DNA of 64,000 bases from an uncultured virus (IMG/VR IMGVR_UViG_3300017995_000001) (IMGVR_UViG_3300017995_000001), one strand, 5' to 3'. Positions 53,605-62,806 are shown, numbered from the stretch's first letter. Numbers and translations: made by a program. The notes: generated by a model not told the origin, from the sequence alone.

Positions 53605-54418
53605 GCTCCCGGGCCATCTCGGCCCACGTCGGTGGCGCGTACCCCGTCGCCTCCGCGAACCTGCTCCCGTCGAGTGAGCGGTCCACGGGCGGCCCGTCCA
53701 CCCGCTCGACGCGGCAGGTCAACCCCTCCAGCACGAGCGCCTCGAGCAGGTCCGCCTTGCTGACGGTCGGACCCGCGACATGGTAGAGGCCGGACAGTCC
53801 CGGCGTGGCGAGCGCGAGCCCGACGGCGCGCGCCAGCTCCGGCGCGGACAGGCCGGACCAGAGCGAGCGCGTGTAGCCTTGGACGGGCTCTCCCGCGGCG
53901 TCCCTCGCCAGCAGCCACTCGAGCAGCCCGCGGCGGCGGCGCGGGTCGCGCCCGACGAACGACGTCCGGATCGTAAGGCAGTGTGGCCCGACTACCTCGC
54001 CGGCCGCCTTCGACTTGCCGTAGGTGTCCTCCGCGTCGGTCGGGTCGCCCTCGCGGTAGCCTCCGGTCCGGCCGCTGAACACGCAGTCGGTCGACACCTG
54101 CAGGAACCTGCAACCGCGACGGCCCGCGATCGCCGCGATCGCGTGCGGCGCGCGCGCGTTGACGTCCCACACGACACTCGCGTGACGCGTCGAGCACTCG
54201 CCCTTGACGATCCCCGCACAGTTGACGACCGCGTCGGGGCTCGACCAGTCCACGGCACGCTCGATGTCTGCTGTCCTGGAGATGTTGACCCCTCGAATGA
54301 GTCGGTCCTCGTAGTTCCCGTTCTCCATCGTCGTCCCGAAGACGTCCATCCGGCCGGAGAGCTGGCGCACCAGCGCGGCCCCAAGCATCCCCTGCGCGCC
54401 GAGGACGAGCACCCTCAC
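53591..54418 (-). CDS. RmlD-like NDP-4-keto-sugar reductase
   Basis: VLGAQGMLG; STDCVFSG; YGKSK. Confidence 0.85.
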   Translation of the reverse strand: MRVLVLGAQGMLGAALVRQLSGRMDVFGTTMENGNYEDRLIRGVNISRTADIERAVDWSSPDAVVNCAGIVKGECSTRHASVVWDVNARAPHAIAAIAGRRGCRFLQVSTDCVFSGRTGGYREGDPTDAEDTYGKSKAAGEVVGPHCLTIRTSFVGRDPRRRRGLLEWLLARDAAGEPVQGYTRSLWSGLSAPELARAVGLALATPGLSGLYHVAGPTVSKADLLEALVLEGLTCRVERVDGPPVDRSLDGSRFAEATGYAPPTWAEMARELADD

Positions 54419-55392
54419 GCCGGCACCAGCCCGGCGCGCTCCAGCATCCGGCGCACGCCCGCGACGTCGAGCCTGTCGGTGCTGCGCGACGTGTACTCGC
54501 GCGCGGTCGGCGCGGACAGGTCTTGGTCGCGCGCGCCAGGGTAGATGATGAAGAAGTCTCCGCGCTCCTCGGTCCGCCTCATCTCTTCCTCGTTGACGAG
54601 TACCTCGTGCAGTTTCTCGCCAGGACGCACACCGATGGTCTCACGGGGGTAGTCCGGCCGCGGACTGACGGCCGCCGCGAGATCCGCGATCGTGGCCGCC
54701 GGCATCTTCTTGACCCAGACTTGTCCGTGCCGGCCGCCGAGGATCGCGGCCAGTGACAGCTCGACGGCCTCGCTGAGGTCGAGCAGGAAACGGGTCATCG
54801 TCGGGTCGGTGATCGGCAGCGGCGACCCCTGCCGGACGCGATCGAGGAAGAGCGGCACGACGCTCCCTCGGCTACCGATCACGTTGCCGTACCGGACGCA
54901 GACGAAGCGCGTGTTGTTCCTCGGCTCCTGCGTGCGCAGCAGGATGCGCTCCATCATCGCCTTGGAGATCCCCATCGCGTTGATCGGCGCGCACGCCTTG
55001 TCGGTGGAGATCGCCACGACGGCCTCCGGCTGGCACCGGACCGCCGCGCGCCGCACGTTCTCCGAACCGAGCGCGTTGGTCCTGACGGCCTCCACCGGGA
55101 ACCGCTCGCAGTTGGGCACCTGCTTCAGCGCGGCGGCGTGGAACACCCAGCGCGCGCCGCGCATCGCACTCTCGATCGACTCTGGGTCGCGCACGTCCCC
55201 GGTCACGAGTTCGATCCTTGGGTTGTTCCCGTGCTCCTCGCGCAGCGCGTCCTGCTTGCCCTCGTCGCGCGAGAACACGCGGATCTTCTCTACACCCGGC
55301 TCGGCGAGCAGTCGACGTACGATCGTCTTGCCGAAGCTGCCCGTGCCGCCCGTGACGAGGACCACGCCGGTAAGTCTCGCGTTCGCGCTCAC
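54415..55392 (-). CDS. UDP-GlcNAc 4,6-dehydratase (PseB/FnlA/CapE-like)
   Basis: TGGTGSFG; FSRDEGKQ; HAAALKQVP; STDKA; RYGNVIGSRGSV; RPGEKLHE. Confidence 0.9.
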   Translation of the reverse strand: MSANARLTGVVLVTGGTGSFGKTIVRRLLAEPGVEKIRVFSRDEGKQDALREEHGNNPRIELVTGDVRDPESIESAMRGARWVFHAAALKQVPNCERFPVEAVRTNALGSENVRRAAVRCQPEAVVAISTDKACAPINAMGISKAMMERILLRTQEPRNNTRFVCVRYGNVIGSRGSVVPLFLDRVRQGSPLPITDPTMTRFLLDLSEAVELSLAAILGGRHGQVWVKKMPAATIADLAAAVSPRPDYPRETIGVRPGEKLHEVLVNEEEMRRTEERGDFFIIYPGARDQDLSAPTAREYTSRSTDRLDVAGVRRMLERAGLVPA

Positions 55393-56006
55393 GTCGACAC
55401 GGTCTCCTTCGGCGTACGGTACACTTTCCATCTGTCGTGGTCCTCCGCGAGCGCGCAGCCGCGCTGCGCGAGCATGCCCTGCGCCCTCTGCGTCGAGGGC
55501 CAGTCGGCGTCGTCGAAGATCCAGAGGCCGCCGGGCCGCACCTTCGGCAGCCACGCCTCGACCTCCTCGCAGGAGACCTCCTCCGAGTGGTTGGAGTCCT
55601 GGTGGATCACGTCGATCGTCCGGTCCACGTAGGTGGAGACTACAGCGCGAGATGTCGCGCGCACCAAGCGCGCGTATGGGGAGAGCATGTGGCAGAACGA
55701 CCGCGCGTACTGCTCGATCACCGCGTAGTCGAGGTGGCCCCACCAGTCCGCGTTCGCCGCGTCGTTGGTACCCTCGAGCGCGGCGTCCGCGGTGAACGGG
55801 TCGACGCCGTCGGCGCGGCCGAAGCCCTGGTCGTGCAGGGCGAGGGCCATCGACCACACGCCCCGCCCACCGAAGACACCCAGCTCGACGCAGAGCGACG
55901 CGCCGCGCGCGAGCTGCGCCATGCGCTTGGCCTTCTCTGGCGTGCACCAGCCCGGGATCATACCCAGGATCCGGTCGATGGCGAGTTCGACTTCCTCTTG
56001 GCTCAC
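55389..56006 (-). CDS. Class I SAM methyltransferase (Methyltransf_24-like)
   Basis: VELGVFGG; IHQDSNH; PGGLWIFDD. Confidence 0.85.
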   Translation of the reverse strand: MSQEEVELAIDRILGMIPGWCTPEKAKRMAQLARGASLCVELGVFGGRGVWSMALALHDQGFGRADGVDPFTADAALEGTNDAANADWWGHLDYAVIEQYARSFCHMLSPYARLVRATSRAVVSTYVDRTIDVIHQDSNHSEEVSCEEVEAWLPKVRPGGLWIFDDADWPSTQRAQGMLAQRGCALAEDHDRWKVYRTPKETVST

Positions 56007-57982
56007 GGCTCGACCCACCTCATCTCCCCCACCTCCCGCGCGTCGACGCGCAGCACCCACGCCTCGCGGTCCTCGACCCCGTACGTCAGCACGAGGTCGT
56101 CGCCGTCCCGGGCCAGCCCGGCGCAGAACTCCACGCCGTGGTGGGCGAACACCCACGCCGGCGTCGCGCCGGTGACGCGCCACTCGGCGTCGATCCGAAC
56201 GAACCGGTGCAGATAAATTCTACCGTCCGCGGCGTCGACGACCTCGTGCGTCACGCACAAATAACCGCCGTCGTGCGCGATCGCGGCGCCGCCGCGCAAG
56301 TGGTCGAGGGCGAGCGGGCAGTCGCGCAGCGGCCCGGGCAGGACGGCCGTCGGGTCGAGCGAGTAGATCCACACGAGCTGCCCGCCGACCGACAGCGGCA
56401 GCCAGTTCTTCTCGTGGAGTTGGTTCGACGGCTGGACGTCGGCCCGCTCAATATCTCCGTCATCGTCGATATATAGACGGGCGATGAGCCGCCGCCCCTC
56501 CGGGTCGCGGTCGCACACCGTGGCGCTCGCGGTGAGGTCGCCGTCGACCGAGACGAGGCGCACGTCCTCGTAGCCGACGATCCCCGACGGGTGCCGCGGC
56601 GACGGGTCGAGGTCCTCCATGGGCATCGGGTCCACTAGTCGTCCATCCGTCTCTAAGACGCCGAGGTAATTCTCACTCCGGACGACGCCGCGCGGGTCGT
56701 GCACGGCGTATTGCCTCCCTTTGCCGAGCGTGTAATTCACTGCGCGCACGACGCACCAGAGCTGCCCGTCGTGCCGACAGACGCTCGGGTTCATCGGCAG
56801 GCGCCCGCCCGGCGGCTCGAACCGGATCCTGGTAGCGCGTGCGCTCGGGCACGCGCTGCCGATGGGGGGCGGCCGAAGCATCGACCGGGCGGCCTCGCGC
56901 GCCGCCGCGGACGCGGAACGCGACACGCTGACCCAGTCCGCGTCGCGCGCGCCGGTGCCGGTCACGGCGCGCAGGCGCGCCTGCCGGGCGGCGTGGTACT
57001 CGAGGTCGGCGCGCGCCCTGCCGGGCGCGTCGGGGAGCGCGGCGCGCAGTACGTCGTACGGCAGCTCGTAGAGCGCGGGCAGGTGGCGGAAGTGGGGTCG
57101 GTCGACACCGCACCCGCGGTGGCGCCCCACGGACTCCGCGACCCGCGCCCACGCGACGGCCTGGTCGGTCGCGCCCAGTTTTAGAGCCGACTCGGCGGCG
57201 ACCCACGCGCACTCGGCGTACGTCGGGTCGGCGCCGAGCCCCCGCGCGGCCGCGCGGATCGCTGGCTGGTACTCGCCTAGCAGGAGGAGTTGCTCGGCCT
57301 GCTTGAAGCTCGCCCACGCGGCCTCGTGGCCCGCCCCGCGCATCCGCGCGCAGCGGCCGAACGCCCGGGCAGCCTTGGCTCGGTCGCCGACCCCCTCGAG
57401 CGCGAGGCCGAGATAAAAATGCCAGCGAGGGTCGTCCCCGTGCGACTCGAGGTACTGGCGCAGGAGGGCCACGTCACGCGCGCACTTGCGCCGCACCTGC
57501 TCGTCGCTCTTCGCGAGTTCGCTGAACGTCACGCCGCGCAGCGTCTCGCGGGTGCCGCCGAGGAGGCACTCGTGCGTGGGCCCCACGTACCGCACGTCGG
57601 CGGCCGCCCGGATGACCTTCTCCTTCGGGTAGGAGCCGTCGTCGGCGTCGACGAGCAGCACGTCGACCCGCGCGCGAGAGAGTTCCGCGCGCAGGTCGGT
57701 GGAGCCGAAATGAATTCTTTCGTCCGAGTCTACGACGACGACCCACTCGGCCGACAGCCCGCGCGCGAAGTCGAGCGCCGCGTTGCGCGCAGTCGAGAAG
57801 TCCACCCACTCGTGCGCCGTGACGGCGAGCTTGCTGCCGACGACCTCGCGGGCGCGCGCGACCGTGCGGTCGGTCGCGCCGGTGTCGACAAGCAGGACCA
57901 GGTCGACGTGGGGCGCGACGCTCGCGACCGCGTCGGCGATCTCGCCCTCCCGGCTATCTGCAATCGTGACGCTCGCGATCAC
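56003..57982 (-). CDS. GT2 glycosyltransferase fused to TPRs and a beta-propeller-like domain
   Basis: VDTGATDRT, DFSTARN, DSDE, HE; TPR helices; NPS, EDVRL, EKNW and HLRGG motifs. Confidence 0.85.
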   Translation of the reverse strand: MIASVTIADSREGEIADAVASVAPHVDLVLLVDTGATDRTVARAREVVGSKLAVTAHEWVDFSTARNAALDFARGLSAEWVVVVDSDERIHFGSTDLRAELSRARVDVLLVDADDGSYPKEKVIRAAADVRYVGPTHECLLGGTRETLRGVTFSELAKSDEQVRRKCARDVALLRQYLESHGDDPRWHFYLGLALEGVGDRAKAARAFGRCARMRGAGHEAAWASFKQAEQLLLLGEYQPAIRAAARGLGADPTYAECAWVAAESALKLGATDQAVAWARVAESVGRHRGCGVDRPHFRHLPALYELPYDVLRAALPDAPGRARADLEYHAARQARLRAVTGTGARDADWVSVSRSASAAAREAARSMLRPPPIGSACPSARATRIRFEPPGGRLPMNPSVCRHDGQLWCVVRAVNYTLGKGRQYAVHDPRGVVRSENYLGVLETDGRLVDPMPMEDLDPSPRHPSGIVGYEDVRLVSVDGDLTASATVCDRDPEGRRLIARLYIDDDGDIERADVQPSNQLHEKNWLPLSVGGQLVWIYSLDPTAVLPGPLRDCPLALDHLRGGAAIAHDGGYLCVTHEVVDAADGRIYLHRFVRIDAEWRVTGATPAWVFAHHGVEFCAGLARDGDDLVLTYGVEDREAWVLRVDAREVGEMRWVEP

Positions 57983-58028
57983 TGCCCGCCGGATGGTAGT
58001 CCGGCGGGCAGCCGGGTGTCACCTGCTA

Positions 58029-58271
58029 TCAGGTCGGGCCGCTCGGCGCGCTGGGGCCCGTGACGGACGTCACGAAGTGACGGCGCAGGAAGATAGGTTG
58101 ATCGCGGGGACGAGTCGCCCAGCTCCAGCCGGCGTATTGGCTGTCGTAGTGGCTGCCCGCGTACACGTGGGCTCCGTGTTCGCGGTAGACCGCCTCGTCG
58201 ATGACGGCCCGAGGAGCGCCGTTTTGGCTAGCGCCCTGCTTGGCGCGAAGGGTCGTTAGTCTGCGGCGCAT
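58029..58271 (-). CDS. Hypothetical protein
   Basis: GGAGG RBS. Confidence 0.4.
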   Translation of the reverse strand: MRRRLTTLRAKQGASQNGAPRAVIDEAVYREHGAHVYAGSHYDSQYAGWSWATRPRDQPIFLRRHFVTSVTGPSAPSGPT

Positions 58272-58351
58272 GTGATATGTCCTCCATTGAAATAGCCCCG
58301 CGCCGTGTCACCGGCCGGGGCCTGGCTCGACCTCGTACTAGGAGGTGAACG

Positions 58352-59029
58352 ATGACGATTGTACGCTATCCATGCGTCGTCTGCGGCAAGTCGAGCCGAT
58401 CTAGGCGTCGACGAACATGCGGCAACAACGCGTGCATCCAGACGGCTGTACGGAAGGGGCAGTTCTCGGGAGGCGCCGTCATAGCTGTCCAAGCAAAGGC
58501 TAGGAGAGCTAACCCTTACATGAAGGCTGGTGTTTTCTTCGTTCCGCTCACGCAGGGCGCCTTCACGAAGATCGACGTTAGAGACGCTGCCAGAGTAATG
58601 AGGTACTGTTGGTACCTCTATCGACACCCTCAAACGGGAAGGATGTACGCCGTTCGAGAAGTGCGAGGACGTACTGTTCGACTCCACCGCTGGCTCTTGA
58701 GCGCGGACGTGACGGAAGACGTCGACCACGTGAACGGAGATGGTCTTGACAACCGCAGAAAAAATCTGAGGAAAGCAACAGCGACTCAGAATGCGTGTAA
58801 CGCGCGAAAGAGAGCGTGTGGAGCGTCTAAATACAAGGGCGTGACCAGAGATGCGAGTTCGCCCCCATGGCGAGCGCGGATCCGAGTCGACCACAAATTG
58901 ATACATCTTGAACGTTTTTATACCGAAGAAGATGCCGCAAGAGTGTACGACGGCGCCGCGCGTCGACTGCACGGCGATTTCGCCCGCGTCAACTTCCCGG
59001 TCGGCGATGAGCAGTCCGCTCTCCACTAG
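58352..59029 (+). CDS. HNH-AP2 homing endonuclease
   Basis: LHRWL...VDHVNGDGLDNRRKNLR...SKYKGV...WRARI...AARVYD..A..LHGDFARVNF. Confidence 0.9.
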   Translation: MTIVRYPCVVCGKSSRSRRRRTCGNNACIQTAVRKGQFSGGAVIAVQAKARRANPYMKAGVFFVPLTQGAFTKIDVRDAARVMRYCWYLYRHPQTGRMYAVREVRGRTVRLHRWLLSADVTEDVDHVNGDGLDNRRKNLRKATATQNACNARKRACGASKYKGVTRDASSPPWRARIRVDHKLIHLERFYTEEDAARVYDGAARRLHGDFARVNFPVGDEQSALH

Positions 59030-59310
59030 GACTTCCCCTCTTCCGGATCACCCAGCAGCCGCAGCAGGATCGCGTCGGCCACCATCGCCAGGAAACTCGT
59101 CGCCGCGCCGACGACGACCGCGTCGACCAGCCACCCTCGCCCGACGGACACGAGCCCGCTGGCCCCCGCCGCGGCGCCGACCCACGTGCCGGTGCACTGG
59201 CTGCACTGGAAGAGCGCGGGCCACCTGCTCTGAATCGGGCGGAACAGCGTCCCGCGCACGACGATGAGCGTCGCGCCAACGAGGGCGCAGAGCAGGATCG
59301 CGCCGGTCAT
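59026..59310 (-). CDS. DUF1360-like membrane protein
   Basis: LFQCSQCTGTWVG between TM segments. Confidence 0.65.
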   Translation of the reverse strand: MTGAILLCALVGATLIVVRGTLFRPIQSRWPALFQCSQCTGTWVGAAAGASGLVSVGRGWLVDAVVVGAATSFLAMVADAILLRLLGDPEEGKS

Positions 59311-59861
59311 CACAGCTCTTGGGCGCTGATCGAGAGCATGGAGACGCCGGTCACACCGTGGCCCCCGACCGAGTTCCACTCGACCGCCAGCACGACGGGC
59401 ACGCCGACGGGCAGCGCGGGGTTCGAGATCCCGATGAACGCGCTGACCAGTTGACCGCTCGCGGCCACCGACCCCCCCGCCGCCGTGATGATCTGAGCCC
59501 CGCTCTGGACGCCGCCGATCACCGGCGGCGTGCTGGTCCCGAAGACCCACCCGTTCTGCGTGACCGAACCGCCCGACACCGACAGGCCCGTCCCGGTGAT
59601 GACGACGATGCCGAATCCGTAGATCTCGGCGTTCACGTCGTTGACGACGGCCATGTTCCCGTTGACCTGGATGAGCCCACTCGTCTTCGGCGTGTACAGC
59701 TTCGCCGCGAAGAGAGTGGGGGGAGAGGTGCCCGGGACGAACGGCGCGTTGAAGTCGACGATCGGCGGCGCGCCGATCGACAGGTTCTGGGCGCCCGCGG
59801 AGGACTGCGGGCGCGTCGGGTACGTCTCCCTGGCGTGTCGACCTCGACCGATGATGTGCAT
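59310..59861 (-). CDS. Beta-sandwich putative virion protein with N-terminal GRGRHARETYP tag
   Basis: MHIIGRGRHARETYP; beta-rich. Confidence 0.7.
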   Translation of the reverse strand: MHIIGRGRHARETYPTRPQSSAGAQNLSIGAPPIVDFNAPFVPGTSPPTLFAAKLYTPKTSGLIQVNGNMAVVNDVNAEIYGFGIVVITGTGLSVSGGSVTQNGWVFGTSTPPVIGGVQSGAQIITAAGGSVAASGQLVSAFIGISNPALPVGVPVVLAVEWNSVGGHGVTGVSMLSISAQEL

Positions 59862-59867
59862 CTGGAC

Positions 59868-60107
59868 CTACCTCTTCCTCGCGGTCAAGAGGACGCCGAG
59901 GCGCTCCGCCACCTCGGGCCTCAGCTTGACGGTGCCGACCGACCCGATCTCGGGGTCGTCGTCGGTCAGCTCGACGGAGCCGTCGTCGAAGATCCTGACC
60001 GTGGGGCAGCACCTCTTGTACCCGCACGCGGGGTTCTGCGGCTCCGCAGGGGTCGGCGGGACCTGATCGCAGAGCACCTCTTCGTAGATCTTGTTCGGCT
60101 GTCCCAT
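59868..60107 (-). CDS. Small Cys-containing protein
   Basis: CGYKRCCPTV...LTDDD. Confidence 0.6.
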   Translation of the reverse strand: MGQPNKIYEEVLCDQVPPTPAEPQNPACGYKRCCPTVRIFDDGSVELTDDDPEIGSVGTVKLRPEVAERLGVLLTARKR

Positions 60108-60118
60108 GGGTCATCCTC

Positions 60119-60655
60119 TCATCCGGTCGGGAGCGGCACCTCTCTCAGGTACATCGTCGAGGCGGCCTCGTTGGGCGAGGAGCCGGAGGTGGTGAGCAGC
60201 GCGCCCGAGCTGCTGGCGACGACGACGAGGTTCACGTGCGCCGTCGCCCCCAGCGCGAGCGCGCCCGGCAGGAGGAGCGTGACCGGGATGGACTCGTAGC
60301 CCTCCGAGTCGAGCGTCGCGGCGGCGACGGGGGTGGTCGTCGTCGTCCCGTTGATCCGGGCGAAGACGAAGATGTTGATCTGCCCCTCGGTGGTGTTGCG
60401 GACCTCCACCGCGGCCTCGACGAGGACGTCGCCGGTCACGTTCGGCGTGATGGGGGCGCCGTCCGCCGTGATCGTCCCCGCACTGACGGCCGACCCGTTC
60501 GCCGCCGTGAAGACGGCGGTCCCGGGCGCCGTGGCGATGGCCTGGTCGCTGCCCGGGCCCAGCGCGAAGTTACTGGCGAACGCCGCCGAGGCCCCGCGCG
60601 GGGTGTCGGGGTAGCTGTGGCGCGCGAACGTTCGCCCGATGCGGAACTCGCCCAT
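60119..60655 (-). CDS. Beta-sandwich putative virion protein with N-terminal GRTFARHSYP tag
   Basis: MGEFRIGRTFARHSYP. Confidence 0.7.
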   Translation of the reverse strand: MGEFRIGRTFARHSYPDTPRGASAAFASNFALGPGSDQAIATAPGTAVFTAANGSAVSAGTITADGAPITPNVTGDVLVEAAVEVRNTTEGQINIFVFARINGTTTTTPVAAATLDSEGYESIPVTLLLPGALALGATAHVNLVVVASSSGALLTTSGSSPNEAASTMYLREVPLPTG

Positions 60656-60658
60656 GAC

Positions 60659-62029
60659 TTACCTCTTCTTCTTGTGCGCCGTCTTGCGCTTGTGGGCCGC
60701 TCGACCCGAATGGCCGCGCGCGCCGCGGGCACCCTTGCCGCCCTTGCCCATCGAGGCGGCGGCGACGACGCCGACGAGCGCGACGACGCCGACCGCGCCG
60801 GCCGCGATCGCCCCGGTGCTGATGCCCGCCTTGGCGGGGGCGGTGACGACGGGCTGCAGCGGGCCGCTCGGAGTCGGGGTGCCGCCACCGCCGCCGGTGA
60901 TCGCGGGTCCGGTGCCCCCGCCACCCGAGGGTGCGGGCGGCGGCGCCGGGATCGGCGCGCACTGGCCGGTCCGCGGGTCGAGCGCGGTGCCGGGCGGGCA
61001 GGTGACGGCGACCGGTGCGGCCGCCGGGATCGTCGCGGGCGCGCTGCTCTGCCCGGGCGGCGACCACCACGCCGGGCGCGGGCTGCACCCCGCGGGCGCG
61101 CCGGGGACGAGGCGCTGCGCGGCGGCCGCCGTGTCCGTGCCGTACTTGCCGTCCACCGGCTGGCCGAGCGCGCGCTGGGCCGCGCTCACCGCGGCGACGT
61201 TCTGCTGCTGGCAGGGGTCGTACGTCAGGAGCGCCGTCACGGCGGACGGCGCGCCCGCCGCGGGCGCGGCCGAGGGCGCGCTCGGGGCGACGGCCGACGG
61301 GGTGATCGCGGGGGCGGGCGCGCTCGGCGCCGCGCCGCAGCCGGGGGCGACCGACTGCCCGCCGAGCGCCGACGAGAGCGCGGCGGCCGTGACCGGCTCG
61401 TACTTGCCCGTGTTGATGGGCACGGCCTGGCCCGGATTGACGGCGTTCCACGCGGCCTTGAAGTTGTGGATCGCCGTGTTGACCGCGGTGCCGGGCCGCC
61501 CGACGCTCGCGCAGTAGTTCGGGTCGGCGGAGAGCGCCGCGGCCGCCGCCGCCGCCGCGGCGGTGACGCCGACGGCCCCGCCCGCCGCGGCCGCTGCGGT
61601 GGCGGAGGGGAGGCCGACGCAGTTGCTCTGCCCCGCGGGGGCCCACCACGCGGGCCGCGGGCTGCACCCGGCGGGCGCGCCCGGCACGACGCGCTGCGCG
61701 GCGGTGGCCGTGCCGCTGCCCCACTTGCCGTCCGCGGGCTGGCCGAGCGCGGCCTGCGCGGCGCAGACGAGGGCGACGTTCGCCTGGTCGCAGGGGCTGC
61801 CCGCGGCGACGAGCGCGCCGACGGCGTCGGCGGGGGCGCCGACGAAACCCACCCCGACGCCGACGGGCACGCTCACGGTCTCGCCGGAGGCGAGGCTGCG
61901 CCAGGTGCGCTGGCCGGCGACGACGGTCGTGGCTTTCCGCGGGTTCGCGCCGATGAGCGACGCCAGGGGCACGCCGAAGCGCGACGCGATGCGGGCCGGG
62001 GACTCGCCTGCCTTGACTCTGTAGAGCAT
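60659..62029 (-). CDS. LysM protein with duplicated PG-binding-like Cys modules, C-terminal TM anchor and basic tail
   Basis: YRVKAGESPARIASRFGV; AAQ.ALGQP.DGK.G..T twice; TM segment then HKRKTAHKKKR. Confidence 0.8.
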   Translation of the reverse strand: MLYRVKAGESPARIASRFGVPLASLIGANPRKATTVVAGQRTWRSLASGETVSVPVGVGVGFVGAPADAVGALVAAGSPCDQANVALVCAAQAALGQPADGKWGSGTATAAQRVVPGAPAGCSPRPAWWAPAGQSNCVGLPSATAAAAAGGAVGVTAAAAAAAAALSADPNYCASVGRPGTAVNTAIHNFKAAWNAVNPGQAVPINTGKYEPVTAAALSSALGGQSVAPGCGAAPSAPAPAITPSAVAPSAPSAAPAAGAPSAVTALLTYDPCQQQNVAAVSAAQRALGQPVDGKYGTDTAAAAQRLVPGAPAGCSPRPAWWSPPGQSSAPATIPAAAPVAVTCPPGTALDPRTGQCAPIPAPPPAPSGGGGTGPAITGGGGGTPTPSGPLQPVVTAPAKAGISTGAIAAGAVGVVALVGVVAAASMGKGGKGARGARGHSGRAAHKRKTAHKKKR

Positions 62030-62065
62030 GGGACTTTTTCCTTGTTTTCCGTGGGTGGTGGTGTT

Positions 62066-62806
62066 TCAGCGCCGGCGGCGGCCGCCCTTCTTGCGCGTCG
62101 CCGCGAGGGCGATGCCGCCGACGACGGCGGCGCCCGCGACGCCGATGCCGACCATCGCGCCCGTCGACAGCTTCTTCGTCGTCGTCGACGCGGGCGCGGC
62201 GGTCGGGTTCGCGACCGGGGGGTTCGCGAGCGGTGCGGGCGTGGCGGGGTAGGTCGGGTAGTCGGTCGCGTGCATCCCGGCGATCGTGATGAGCGCGCTG
62301 AGCGTGTCCTGGTCGACGACGCCGTCGGTGCGCAGCGCCTTGCCGGGCGCCTTGGGCGGGGCGTAGTTATTGTTGTACCAGGACTGGAAGCACCCCGCGG
62401 CCTGCGGGATGCTCGGGCCCCAGGTCGCGCAGGTCGTCCCGCTCGCCTGCATGACCTTGGTGTTGAGCGTGACCAGCGTGTTGCCGATCCAAGCCTGCTG
62501 CGCGGGCGTCAGCGTCGCGAAGATGTCCGGGTCGGTCGGCCCGCCCAGCGCGAATCCACGAGCCCTCTTGCCACCGTACGAGATCGCTTCGAGCATGAGT
62601 CCTTCTCCTGGTCCTGAGAGTCCCGATGTGACGCCGGTCTGCGCCCAGGGCGGAACCGGACCGTTGCAGTCGACGCACGCCGGCTGGGCCGGCAGGGTGT
62701 TTTGCGCGTAGAGGCACGCGTTCGCGCGGATGCCGGGGTCAGTAGGACCCTGCACCGGGACGTCGGTGACGTAGTCCGGCACGCCGGCGGCCTGCGCGGG
62801 GGTCAC
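62066..62806 (-). CDS. Membrane-anchored protein with PG-binding-like motif; possible internal start at MLEAISYGG
   Basis: LRTDGVVDQDT; TM segment followed by RKKGGRRRR. Confidence 0.7.
   Translation of the reverse strand: MTPAQAAGVPDYVTDVPVQGPTDPGIRANACLYAQNTLPAQPACVDCNGPVPPWAQTGVTSGLSGPGEGLMLEAISYGGKRARGFALGGPTDPDIFATLTPAQQAWIGNTLVTLNTKVMQASGTTCATWGPSIPQAAGCFQSWYNNNYAPPKAPGKALRTDGVVDQDTLSALITIAGMHATDYPTYPATPAPLANPPVANPTAAPASTTTKKLSTGAMVGIGVAGAAVVGGIALAATRKKGGRRRR

Noticed and set aside
51268..57982. Host O-antigen/capsule locus or DNA hypermodification cluster
   Set aside because: No wzx/wzy/ABC export genes and no base hydroxymethylase seen; embedded in a viral operon. DNA modification is not fully excluded
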